From the NCBI GenBank assembly GCA_963699245.1, contig OY969426.1, positions 133,494-197,493 of the forward strand: a stretch of DNA of 64,000 nt, written 5' to 3'. Each line of letters starts with the position of its first letter. The stretch's first letter is position 1. Made by a program: the position numbers and the translations under genes. The notes below the pieces were generated by a model. It was not told where the DNA came from. It worked only from the letters and a program-made list of their open reading frames with translations, and did not search any database. Shown piece by piece: positions 30,428 to 40,046 of the stretch. Source of the DNA: Thermoanaerobaculia bacterium. GTDB lineage: Bacteria > Acidobacteriota > Thermoanaerobaculia > Multivoradales > JAGPDF01.

Positions 30428-31933
30428 CTATTGAATGTAACCGAGGCTGCGCAGCTGTTCGATGGTCTCGGCATCGAGCGGCAGATCGCTCTCGGGCGCG
30501 GTGGCGCCGAGCTTCGGCAGCGCGGCGCGCAGCCCCTCTCCGAGGCGGACGAGGCGGCGCAGATCGCCGCCGTGCGAGGCCGTCAGGTCGCTCTGCTCGC
30601 GCCGATCGATGTTGAAGTCGAAAATCGACGCGCGCTGCCGGTTCTGCTTCTGCTTCTCGAACACGACGGCCTTGTAGGGAAAATCGACCAGCGACCACAT
30701 CCCGGGCGCCTCGGAGTAGGCGACTTCGCGCCTGGCGCCGGGGTCGAACAGATCGTGCCCGGCGATGCCCGCGGCCGGCTCGATGCCGACCGCCTTCAGG
30801 AGCCCCGGGTTGAGGTCGATCGACTGCGTGACCCGCTCGACCGTCGCGGGCAGACCCGAGGGCCTGGCCCCGCGCGGGAACTTCACCACCAGCGGGACGT
30901 GGAGGACCTCGTTCCAGACCGTGCGGCCGTGCTCGATGTTGCCGTGGTCGTAGAGCTCGTCCCCGTGGTCCGAGGTCACGACGAGCAGCGTCCGGTCGTA
31001 GAGCCCGGCCTGTCGCAGGTCGTCGACGACGCGGGTGATGTTGTCGCGATCGACCTTGCGCACCACCGACTCGTACACGGTTTCGAGATAGGAAACGCCT
31101 TCCGCATCGAGCTTCAGCTTCCGGTTGCGGATCGCGAACTTGTATTTCGGCGTCCCCGGATCGCGTCTGGCCTTGATGAGCGCGGCGACGTCGAACCGGG
31201 CGCCGTAGCGCGAGAAATACTCGACGTCGCGCCGGTCGACTGGCAGGGGGCTGTGGCACCCGGTGGTGTGCACATAGGCGAACGCCGGCGAGACCGCCGC
31301 GGCCAGGAAGCCCACGCCGCGGTCCACCAGCGCGCTGTCGCTCTCGGGCGTTCCGTTCCTGGCCGGCCCCCGGTACTCGCCGAAGCCCTGGGCGAAGCCG
31401 TCGCGCGCCGGAATGATCGGGTTCGCGAGGTAGCCCGCGGTGCGGTAGCCGCCGGCGGCAAAGCGCTCTGCGAGCGTCTCGTACTGGTCGAGGATCCGAC
31501 GCCCGCGAACGCTTCCCTGGCGCCGCAGCTCGGCGGTCAGGTCGTCGAGCGTCGAGACCCCGTGCTGAAACGGATAGACGCCGGTGAAGAGGCTGGCGGT
31601 CGAGGCCCGCGTGTGGGGAGCCTGGCTGATCTGCCAGCGGAAGAGGACGCTGTCGGGCTCGGCCGCCAGCGCGTCGAAAGCCGGGCTGGTCGGGCGCTCG
31701 AAGCCATAGGCCCCGAACTTGTCGGCGCGGCAGGCGTCGAGCAGCAGGATCAGGACGTGCGGGCCTTGGGCGGAGGCCACCTGGGCGGTCCGGGCCGCCG
31801 GCTTCCGGTCGCCGCCGCAAGCGACGCTGACCGCCAGCAGCACGAGGAAAGCCAGCCTCCGGAACGACTTGCGACGCGCCTGCCGGATCTCCCGCCGGGA
31901 GTGCTGCGGAACCTCTCGGCGGATCTCGGTCAT
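30428..31933 (-). CDS. sulfatase-like hydrolase/transferase (alkaline-phosphatase superfamily), lipoprotein
   Basis: ATG 31933. Lipobox LLAVSVAC. HVLILLLDACRADKFGAYG.., ..SQAPHTRASTASLFTG.. (no canonical C/S-x-P-x-R), ..LLVVTSDHGDEL. Confidence 0.8.
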   Translation of the reverse strand: MTEIRREVPQHSRREIRQARRKSFRRLAFLVLLAVSVACGGDRKPAARTAQVASAQGPHVLILLLDACRADKFGAYGFERPTSPAFDALAAEPDSVLFRWQISQAPHTRASTASLFTGVYPFQHGVSTLDDLTAELRRQGSVRGRRILDQYETLAERFAAGGYRTAGYLANPIIPARDGFAQGFGEYRGPARNGTPESDSALVDRGVGFLAAAVSPAFAYVHTTGCHSPLPVDRRDVEYFSRYGARFDVAALIKARRDPGTPKYKFAIRNRKLKLDAEGVSYLETVYESVVRKVDRDNITRVVDDLRQAGLYDRTLLVVTSDHGDELYDHGNIEHGRTVWNEVLHVPLVVKFPRGARPSGLPATVERVTQSIDLNPGLLKAVGIEPAAGIAGHDLFDPGARREVAYSEAPGMWSLVDFPYKAVVFEKQKQNRQRASIFDFNIDRREQSDLTASHGGDLRRLVRLGEGLRAALPKLGATAPESDLPLDAETIEQLRSLGYIQ

Positions 31934-32127
31934 CGGCGTCACTCCGGCGCGAAAACTATCAGATGGAGGCGACTGATTCCGGGCGCTCGGCCCGTCTCTG
32001 AGGCGAGCGCGGCGTTGCCGCCAGGCGTACGATGCGCTCGAGGGCACGGTGCCTCGGAATCCACGGAGGCGAGCCGTTTCCCTCGGACCGAGAGCCGAGT
32101 GCGCACCCGCAGCGGGAGACGCAAGCC

Positions 32128-33450
32128 ATGACCGACGCTAGCCTCGCGCCAGCGCCGGGCGGCTTGCCGCTCGTCGGCCATGCCATCGCCTTCCTGCGCG
32201 ACAAACCGGGATTCCTCGACGCCTGTCTTCGGCAGCGCGGCGACTGCGTCCGCCTGGACCTCGGCGGGCCGACCTGGCTCCTGAACGACCCCGCCGACGT
32301 CAAGCACGTCCTGGTCGACGCCGCGGCGAAGTACCAGAAGACGCCGAAGCTCACCAGCAGCCGCGGCCGGGAGCTCTCGGGCGAAGGGCTTCACACCTCC
32401 AACGGCGCCGAGCATCTCCAGCTCCGGAGGCTGCTGCAACCGCTCTTCCAGCGGCGCGCAATCGAAGCGCACGCCGGGCTGGTGAGCGACGTCGCGGCCC
32501 GTCATCTCGATCGCTGGCGGCCGGGCGAGGCGCGGGAGCTCTGGAGCGAGATGCTCGAGCTCACGCAGCAGGTACTGCTGCGCGTTCTCTTCGGTCCCTC
32601 GTTCGTCGACAGTGGGGGAGAGCTCGCCGCCGCCGTCACGGCGCGGCGTGCCTACATCGAGCACTTCTTCCTCAGCAATCTCCCGTCGCCGGAGCGCTGG
32701 CCGCTGCCGGTCGTCCTCCGCTACCGGAAGGCGCGTGGTCACATCCACCGCGTCATCGACGCCGAGGTCGCGCGCCGGAGGCGCGAGGGCGCGGCCGGCG
32801 ACGACTGGATCTCGCGCCTGGTCGCGAGCTCGTGGAGCGACGGCCGGCCGCTCTCCGACCGCCAGATCCGGGACGAAATGATCACGCTCACCAGCACCGG
32901 GTACGAGACGGTCGCCTCGGCGCTCACCTGGATGGGACACCTCCTGTCCCACCACCCGGAGGTGCAGGAGGAGCTGCGCGCTGAAGCGCCGCCCCCGGGC
33001 GGCAGCCCCGGTCCGTTCATGGCGCAGGTGCTGAACGAAGCCCTCCGCCTCTATCCGCCGACCTGGCTCTTCGTCCGCGTCGCCGTCGGCGAGGACGTCC
33101 TGCCGGGAGGCGCCGCGATCCGTGTCGGCGACAAGTGCTACCTCTCGCCCTACACGATGCACCGGCACCCGCGCTGGTACGCGCTGCCGGATCAGTTCGA
33201 CCCTGGGCACTTCGCCGAGGAGGCGGTGCGCCAGCGGCCGCGCCTGGCTTTCTTTCCTTTCGGCGGCGGCGCCCGGCAGTGCATCGGCGAGCCGTTCGCC
33301 CGTCTCGAGGCCAACCTGGTGATGTGCGAGCTGCTGCGCCGCGTGCGTCTCGAACCGGTGCGCCCCTTGCGCGTACCGTTGCGCGCCGCGATCGTGCTCG
33401 AGCCGCGCGGCGGCCTGCCGATCCGCCTGGCCCGGCCCGGCGGGAGCTGA
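32128..33450 (+). CDS. cytochrome P450
   Basis: ATG 32128. I-helix TSTGYETVA, EXXR NEALRLYPP, haem-binding loop FPFGGGARQCIGEPFA. Confidence 0.9.
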   Translation: MTDASLAPAPGGLPLVGHAIAFLRDKPGFLDACLRQRGDCVRLDLGGPTWLLNDPADVKHVLVDAAAKYQKTPKLTSSRGRELSGEGLHTSNGAEHLQLRRLLQPLFQRRAIEAHAGLVSDVAARHLDRWRPGEARELWSEMLELTQQVLLRVLFGPSFVDSGGELAAAVTARRAYIEHFFLSNLPSPERWPLPVVLRYRKARGHIHRVIDAEVARRRREGAAGDDWISRLVASSWSDGRPLSDRQIRDEMITLTSTGYETVASALTWMGHLLSHHPEVQEELRAEAPPPGGSPGPFMAQVLNEALRLYPPTWLFVRVAVGEDVLPGGAAIRVGDKCYLSPYTMHRHPRWYALPDQFDPGHFAEEAVRQRPRLAFFPFGGGARQCIGEPFARLEANLVMCELLRRVRLEPVRPLRVPLRAAIVLEPRGGLPIRLARPGGS

Positions 33451-33520
33451 GCCTTTCTCCCCGCCGGCGCTGCAGCTCGCCGAGGATGCTTCGTTCCCGT
33501 CGCCGCATTAGAGTCGCGCC

Positions 33521-34285
33521 ATGGAGCTCGCCACCGCCGGTCCACCGGACGAGGAGAATCTTCGCACTGGGCAGGGCGCCGGGGCGGCAAGCGCCTGGGA
33601 TCTCTTCTGGAGCGCCGCCCGGCCAGATGGAGCGGTGCTCGACGCCGAGGCGCAGGAGTTCGTACGGCGGCTCGCGCTCCACGTCCCGTTCGGACCCGCC
33701 GATCGAGTGCTCGAATTCGAATGTGGGTTCGGATTCGTGGCCGCGGCGCTGTCACCCGGAGTCGACGAGCTCTGCCTCTGGGACAAGCACGAGCACCTTC
33801 GCCGACAGGCGCGCGCCCAGGTGGCCGCCTGCTCCAACGTGCAGGTGCTCGACTCGCTGGCGCCGGAGGCCGGGGAGTCCGTCGGGCGCTTCGATCTCAT
33901 CCTGGTGAACAGCGTCGTGCAATACATGACGGCGAACGAGCTCGCTGCCGCCTTCGCCCTCTGGAGCGGTCTGCTGGCGCCGGCGGGCCGGCTGGTGCTC
34001 TCGGACCTGATTCCTCCCGGCCACCCCGGCTGGCGGGACCTCTTCTCTCTGCTGGCCTTCGAACCCCTCGGCCAGCTCCGGCGGACCGGGCGGGAGCTGC
34101 GCGCCTATCTCGCGGCCCGCCTCCGCAGCGGACTGCAAGCCGTCGATCCGGCGGAGCTCGAAACCCTCGCTGCCGCTTTCGGTCTCCGGATGCAGCGCTT
34201 GGCGGAGAACCTGACCCACTTCAGCGGGCGATTCGCCGTCGTGCTCGTTGCGGCCGAAGCGCCCGGCAGCCGCCCGAAGCGGTGA
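33521..34285 (+). CDS. class I SAM-dependent methyltransferase
   Basis: Motif I VLEFECGFGFVAAAL, ..FDLILVNSVVQYM.., LVLSDLIPPG. Confidence 0.75.
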   Translation: MELATAGPPDEENLRTGQGAGAASAWDLFWSAARPDGAVLDAEAQEFVRRLALHVPFGPADRVLEFECGFGFVAAALSPGVDELCLWDKHEHLRRQARAQVAACSNVQVLDSLAPEAGESVGRFDLILVNSVVQYMTANELAAAFALWSGLLAPAGRLVLSDLIPPGHPGWRDLFSLLAFEPLGQLRRTGRELRAYLAARLRSGLQAVDPAELETLAAAFGLRMQRLAENLTHFSGRFAVVLVAAEAPGSRPKR

Positions 34286-34325
34286 AAGCGCGCGCTCGCC
34301 CGGAGCGCCTGCCGTCGCTCCCGCG

Positions 34326-35314
34326 TCAGCTCGCGGCCGCCTCGCGCAGCGTTCGCTCGACGTAGACCGGCGTCACCTGCCCGCGCCAGCGCGGGTCGAG
34401 GTCGGTGTTGTCCATCGGCGTCACTGCGGTGCGGGCCTTCGAGGCAGCGCCCCGGATCGTCTCGCCCGTCAGTCGCTGCCCGACGAGCGCCAGGGCGACC
34501 TCGTCGGCGGGGGAGGGGAAGGAGGCGATCGAGCCGAGCACGACGCGCGCGTCGCGCACGACGTCGGCCGTCCATCCAGAGCGCGACCGCCACCGACAGG
34601 ACGCCGAAGTCGATCGAGCCGCGGCGGCGCAGCTTGAAGAACGCGCTCCGGCAGTGCGCCGCGTCGCTCTCCGCCGGCAGCACGATCGCCGTGACGATCT
34701 CGTCGCGCCGCTTCGTCAGGTACTCCATGCCGTCGTCACGGTAGAGCCCGGCGACGGGGATCTCGCGCTCACCCGCTGCCGAGACGAGCGTCACCCGCGC
34801 CCCGAGCGCCACCAGCATCGGCGCCGAGTCGGAGGAGCTCGACCGCCCAGCAGCGCGGCGAGCTCGGCGCCACCCAGCAGACCTTTCCTTCGGCCTTCAT
34901 GCAGCAGGAGATCGCCTGCCGCCACTCCTCGTTCTGGTTGTAGTAAGTGCACCGGGTGTCGAGGCAGACGTTGCCGCCGATCGTTCCCATGTTGCGCAGC
35001 AGCGGCGACGAGATCCAGCCGATGGCGCGGGCGAGCGCCGGGTAGCGCTCGACGAGCGCGGGATGGCGCTCGAGGTCGGTCAACGTCTCCATGGCGCCTA
35101 GGCGCATCTCCCCGTTGGCGTGCACACCGCGCAACCCGGCGATGCGGTTCAGCGCGACGACGTGGTTGGCCTTCTGGTGCCGCCGCTTGAGGTTTGGCCA
35201 GAGATCGGTGCCGCCGGCGACGACGCGCGCCGCGTCGGCCTCGCCGGCGAGGATCGCCGCCGCCTCGGCGAGCGACGGCGGTTGATGCAGCCGGAATGCC
35301 GGTAGTCGCAGCAC
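34326..35314 (-). pseudogene. molybdenum-hydroxylase FAD-binding (medium) subunit, HcrB-like with Cys-rich insertion; two frame switches
   Basis: GTG 35314. ..VVAGGTDLWPNLKRR.., NMGTIGGNVCLDTRCTYYNQNEEWRQAISCCMKAEGKVCWVAPSSPRCWA (ORF 34769-35314). Then SSSDSAPMLVALGARVTLVSAAGEREIPV..FFKLRRRGSIDFG (ORF 34105-34818 frame). Then ..VVLGSIASFP..TPMDNTDLDPRWRGQV (ORF 34326-34559). Confidence 0.8.
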
Positions 35315-35316
35315 CG

Positions 35317-37899
35317 TCAGTCCCCCTTCTTTCCCGCCAGCTTCGTCGTCAGCGCTTCGACGCTGCCGGCCTTGAGCGCCTCTTCACGTTCGGCCATCGT
35401 CCCTTCCTTCGACTTGCGCCCGGTGGCGAGCTTGAACTCGGCTTCGTTGGTCGCCTTGCCGTCGCCCCCTTCCCACGGCGTCGGCACCTCGAGGGTGAAG
35501 CCGAAGTCGTCGGTCCGGAAACCCGGTCGGACCGACGCGGCCTTCCTTCCCCTTGCGCTTCGCTTCGAGCGCCTTGAGGACCAGGTGGGGGTGGATCGGC
35601 ACCTGGTCGACGCGCACGCCGACCGCGTCGTAGATCGCGTTGGCGCAGGCCGGCGGCATCGGCAGGAGGGGGCCCTGGCCGACTTCCTTGGCGCCGAAAG
35701 GTCCGGCCGGGTCGGGGTCCTCGATCAGGTAGGTGTTCACCTTCGGCATCTCCTCGAAGGTGAGGCTCTTGTACTCGAGCAGCGACGGGAACTTGTGGAC
35801 CAGCGCCTGCGAGCGCGCCTTGGGCAGCCGGCGGAAGGCGCTCTCCTCCATCATCGCTTCACCGAGCCCCATGTAGACCGAGCCTTCGACCTGGCCCATC
35901 ACCAGCACCGGGTTGATCGAGCTGCCGATGTCGTGCGCCATCCAGACCTCGAGCGGTTTCCAGATGCCGGTCGTCGGAGTCGACCTCGACCTCGACCACC
36001 GCGGCGGAATAGGAGTAGGTGGGGGAGGGTCCGACGCCGGCGCCGCGGTACTTGCCCGGGGAGCGCGGCGGCGTGTAGGAGCCGGCGGTGGCGAGCGTGC
36101 CGAAGCGTGCCTCGGTGGCGATCACCGCCTCTTCCCATGACAGGCCCTTGCCGGGATCGGCAGCGTCGAAGACGCGCCGTCCGGCGAAGACCAGCCGCCG
36201 CTCGTCGATGCCGAGCTGCTGCGCGACCGCCTGGGCGATCTGCTGCGCGAACCCGCTCGGCGGCGTCGCGCGCCGCGTGGCCCATCATCAGGGTGACGCG
36301 CGACGAGTAGCTGCCGAGATCGACCGGCGTGAAGGCGGTGTCGGCGACGTGCAGTCGGAGGTCGGCGAGCTCGAGGCCGAGCACCTCGGCGACGATCGCC
36401 GCCAGCACCGAGTCCGACCCCTGGCCGATTTCGGTCTCGCCGCAGAAGACGGCGACGCCGCCGCCGCGGTCGACGTGGATCGCCACCCCCGACTGCGGCA
36501 TGTGGTTCCAGTAGATCGGCAGGCCGGCGCCGCAGAGATAACTGCCGCAGGCGAGGCCGAGGCCGCGTCCCTCCGGCAGGTTGCCCCAGCGCTCGCGGTA
36601 GCCGGAGGCCTCGACCACCGCTTCGATGCAGCGCGCGAGGGCGATGGTGCCGAGCTTGAGCCAGTTGGCGGTGACGGTGTTCGGCTGCTCGACGATGCCG
36701 AGCCGCAGGTCGGCGGGGTTGCGGCCGAGCGCGACGGCGATCTTGTCGAGCTGGACTTCGAAGCCAAAGCGGGGTTGAGGCGTGCCATGCCCTCGCTTGG
36801 GCCCGCACGCCGGCTTGTTGGTGAAGGCGCGGATCCCCTCGAACTTGTAGCGCGGCAGCCGGTAGGTCACCGTCTGCAGCGCGCCGGTGTAGTAGATCGA
36901 GGCGACGCCGTAGCTGCCGTAGGCTCCGCCGTCGAGCGCGGTCTGCAGCGTCTGGGCCGTCAGCGTGCCGTCGTTCTTCACGCCCGTCTGCAGCTTCATC
37001 AGCACGGGGTGACGCCCGCGATGGCAGTAGAAGACCTCCTCGCGCGTGAGGGCGATCCGGCAGGGCCGGCCGAGCTTCAGCGCCATCGCGGCGGTCACGA
37101 TCTCGTGGCCGAAGGGGTCGCTCTTGCCGCCGAAGCCGCCGCCGTTCGGCGTCGCCACGACGCGGATGCGCGACGAAGGCAGGCCGAGCACCTTGGTGAG
37201 CGCGCGGTGGAGGTAGTGCGGTGTCTGGGTCGACGACCAGACGGTGACCCGGCCGTCGTCCTCCGGCAGCGCCACCGTCGCGTGCTGTTCCATCGGCAGG
37301 TGGGTGTTGCCGTCGTAGAAGAAGTGATCCTCGAAGATGCGGTCGGCCTCGGCGAAGCCCGCTTCGACGTCGCCGAATTCCATCGACAGCAGTTTGTGCA
37401 GGTTCCCCTCGTCGGCGTACGCGTGGATCTGCGGCTCGGGGGTCGCGATCGCCTCCTCGATCGACGAGATCGTCGGCAGGAGCTCGTAGTCCACCTTGAC
37501 CAGCAGCGCCGCTTCGTGCGCGGCGTCCTCGGAGGTGGCCGCCACGGCCACGACCGGGTCGCCGACGTGGCGCACGGTGTCGAGCGCCAGCGGATGCTCG
37601 TCCTGCGAGACGGGGAGGATGCCGAAGGTGGTCGGCAGATCCTTGCCGGTCAGGAAGCCGAGGACGCCGGGGACCTTCTCCGCCGCCGAGAGGTCGATGC
37701 CGCGAATGCGCCCGTGCGGCACGCTCGACCGCACGAGCTTCAGGAAGGCCTGGCGGGGGAAGGAGAGATCGTCGGCGAACCGGGTCGCTCCGGTGACCTT
37801 CGCGCGCCCGTCGACGCGGCGGAAAGGCTTGCCGACCACCGAGAGCTCGCGCTCGGAGACAGTCTCGGGTGGAGTCTGGGGACGAACGGGTTCGGCCAT
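35317..37899 (-). pseudogene. molybdopterin-binding large subunit of xanthine-dehydrogenase/4-hydroxybenzoyl-CoA-reductase family; at least 3 frame switches (about 36250, about 35978, about 35525)
   Basis: ATG 37899 follows GAGGAG. ..VGKPFRRVDGRAKVTGATRFADD.., ..GGGFGGKSD.., ..EIGQGSDSVLA.. (ORF 35899-39555, lower part). ..GSYTPPRS..YSYSAAVVEVEVD (ORF 35859-36125). ..WMAHDIGSSINP..GAKEVGQGPLLPMPPA (ORF 35384-35941). An extra tail runs to TGA 35317-35319. Confidence 0.85.
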
Positions 37900-37924
37900 G
37901 GCTCTCCTCGTGGCCGCAAGGCTG

Positions 37925-37942
37925 TTTGAACGGCCGTTCAAA
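37925..37942. promoter_or_regulatory. 18-bp perfect palindrome TTTGAACGGCCGTTCAAA, candidate TetR operator upstream of the Mo large-subunit gene
   Basis: Lies 26-43 nt upstream of ATG 37899. The 23-mer GTTTGAAC-NNNN-GTTCAAATTCT recurs at 44055-44077, identical except for the 4-nt spacer. Confidence 0.5.
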
Positions 37943-37956
37943 TTCTCGCCGGTCGT

Positions 37957-37982
37957 GCGCCGCCGGTCAAGTCCGGCGGCGC
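37957..37982 (-). terminator. 10-bp GC stem hairpin after the phosphatase gene (terminator-like)
   Basis: GCGCCGCCGG (37957-37966), loop TCAAGT, CCGGCGGCGC (37973-37982), immediately after the stop at 37989 and before the operator. No U tract. Confidence 0.4.
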
Positions 37983-37988
37983 TCGGCC

Positions 37989-40022
37989 CTACTGGTAGGT
38001 CACGACGAGCTGGGGACGATTCGCGGCCGTGGAGGTGTCGCCGGAGTAGTAGCCCATGGAGTCGGCCTTGCGGTCGTCGTCGTCGTCGAGAGCGAAGGAG
38101 ATCCGGATCTGCGTCGTCGAGGTCTTGTTGATCGCCGCCAGGCCTGCCGCAGTGAACGTGCAAGTCGACCAGGCGCCGTTGCTGGTGGCGTTCGAGAGCG
38201 TGCAGACCGCTGCTGCCGTGGCCGCCGCCTGGAAATCGCTCGCCGCCAGCGAGACGTTGCCGCCGAAAGCGCTCCCGACATCCGCTCGCAGCGCGCCGTG
38301 AGTCGAGAAGGGGTTGGTTCCCCTCAGCTTGCCGCGCTTGAGGCGCAGCGTCGCCTCGGTCACTGCGGCGCCGTCCGGAATCGACGCGGTGTCGAACGAG
38401 AGGAATCCCTTGCGCTGGCGATCGGCGACGTCGTCGCCGACACGAATCCCCTCGGCGGAGGAGTCGGCACTGGTGGCGGTACCTCCGAGGTTCGAGGTTT
38501 CGGACGACTCCTGCACCCAGCCGTCCTGGGCAGCGAGCGAGTTGAAGGTCGTGGTCACCGGCGCGACGAGGGTGCAAGCCGAGGTGTCGAACGCGGTGCA
38601 GGTGGCGTTGCAGGAGAGCGCGCCGCCGGTGAAGCCACGACTGAGGCAGGTCTGGCCTCCGAGAGCGTTGCCGTCGCAGACCTCGGGCGACTCGATCAGG
38701 TTGTCGCCGCAGACCGGTCCGACCGGCCCCTTGTGAATCTGGAACGAATCGGTGACCTGGCCAGCGCTGTTCAGGAAGCGCGCGTCGAGGCTCTGGCCGT
38801 CGATGTCGAGCACCATCGAGCCGAGCTGCAGCAGCGAGATCACCATGGCCGGATGGTTGAGCGGAGCGGACGAGATCTGGCCGCTCGAGCCGGCGACGGC
38901 ATATACCGCGCCTTCGTGCGGCGCTGGACCGAGGGTCGGCTTTTCGTAAGCGCCGTCGCCGGCCGGCCGCCCGTTTCCGGAATCGAGGATCATCCAGGAC
39001 TGGAGCGTGGTCGAGAGGCCGTAGTGCTGGTCGAGCAGGAAGCTGCGCTCGTAGGAATGACTGTGGCCGGTCAGCACCAGGTCGACGCCGTAAGCCTCGA
39101 GCAGCGGCAGGACGTTGGCGCGCATCTGGCTCATCGCCGTGTCGGTATCGGAGTCGTGCGAGCCCTTGCTGTAGGGCGGATGGTGCCAGAAGGCGATCAC
39201 CCAGTCGGCGTTGGTGGTCAGCAGGTCGGCCTCGAGCCAGGTCAGCATGGCTCCGCCGGGCGCGCGGCTCGTCTCGTACGAGTCGAGGCAGATGAAGTGG
39301 ATCGTTCCGAAGTCGAACGAGTAGTAGGCCTCGGTTCCCGACGCGACGCCCCCCGCCTCGCCCTGTCGCGGCAAAGTGAAGCTCGCGTAGTAGGGCCCCG
39401 TCTCGGTCGCCGAGTCGGCCGATGCCCCGTCGTGATTGCCGAGCGTGGGCCACAGGACGCTGTTGCGCAGCGTCTGCGGATACATGTCGAAGACCGCGCT
39501 CTGGAACTCGGCGTCGGTGCCGCTGTTGTAGGCGTTGTCGCCGAGCATCAGCCACAGTTCCTGGCCGCGGCTTCCGGTGTAGGCGAGATAGGCGTCGCGC
39601 ACCGCGGCGGCGTTGGCGTTGGCGGTGCCCGAGTCGCCCAGCACCCAGATGCGCGTCGGCTTGGCGGTGCCGGCCGGCGGCGAAGTGACGAAGAAATAGC
39701 TCGCGCTGCCGCCCGCGAGCACCTGGGCGGCGGTGCCGACGCTGTAGAAGTACTTGGCGTTCGGGGCGAGGGACGAGAGCCGCACTTCATGCTCGGTGAC
39801 GGTGCCACCGGCGCCGGCCGAGAGGTCGAGATTGGCGCTGCTGGTGCCGTAACGCACCAGGCTGTCGGTTGCCACGTCGGTGCGCCAGCGCACCGTGATG
39901 GCGTCGGGAGTGCCCAACTGCAAGTAGGGGCCGCGCGTGACGACAGCGGCCTGGACGGCGGCGCCGAGCGCGCAAGGAGCGACGAGGGCGAAGAGGAGCG
40001 TGCGGGTTTCGCGTCGGTTCAT
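37989..40022 (-). CDS. secreted purple-acid-phosphatase-like metallophosphoesterase with Cys-rich module and DNRLRE-like C-terminal domain
   Basis: Signal peptide. All five metallophosphatase motifs: VLGDSG, LGDNAY, LGNHD, AFWHHPPY, LTGHSHSYER. Then CGDNLIESPEVCDGNALGGQTCLSRGFTGGALSCNATCTAFDTSAC, then ..FLSFDTASIPDGAAVTEATLRL..ANRPQLVVTYQ. Confidence 0.8.
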   Translation of the reverse strand: MNRRETRTLLFALVAPCALGAAVQAAVVTRGPYLQLGTPDAITVRWRTDVATDSLVRYGTSSANLDLSAGAGGTVTEHEVRLSSLAPNAKYFYSVGTAAQVLAGGSASYFFVTSPPAGTAKPTRIWVLGDSGTANANAAAVRDAYLAYTGSRGQELWLMLGDNAYNSGTDAEFQSAVFDMYPQTLRNSVLWPTLGNHDGASADSATETGPYYASFTLPRQGEAGGVASGTEAYYSFDFGTIHFICLDSYETSRAPGGAMLTWLEADLLTTNADWVIAFWHHPPYSKGSHDSDTDTAMSQMRANVLPLLEAYGVDLVLTGHSHSYERSFLLDQHYGLSTTLQSWMILDSGNGRPAGDGAYEKPTLGPAPHEGAVYAVAGSSGQISSAPLNHPAMVISLLQLGSMVLDIDGQSLDARFLNSAGQVTDSFQIHKGPVGPVCGDNLIESPEVCDGNALGGQTCLSRGFTGGALSCNATCTAFDTSACTLVAPVTTTFNSLAAQDGWVQESSETSNLGGTATSADSSAEGIRVGDDVADRQRKGFLSFDTASIPDGAAVTEATLRLKRGKLRGTNPFSTHGALRADVGSAFGGNVSLAASDFQAAATAAAVCTLSNATSNGAWSTCTFTAAGLAAINKTSTTQIRISFALDDDDDRKADSMGYYSGDTSTAANRPQLVVTYQ

Positions 40023-40046
40023 GGTGTCCTCCCGTTCGCGTCCGGA

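Noticed and set aside
35899-39555. A 1218-aa ORF suggesting a giant Mo-enzyme.
   Set aside because: Its N-terminal roughly 550 aa are an alternate frame of the phosphatase gene (37989-40022). The real large subunit starts at ATG 37899, after a ribosome-binding site, operator and terminator hairpin.
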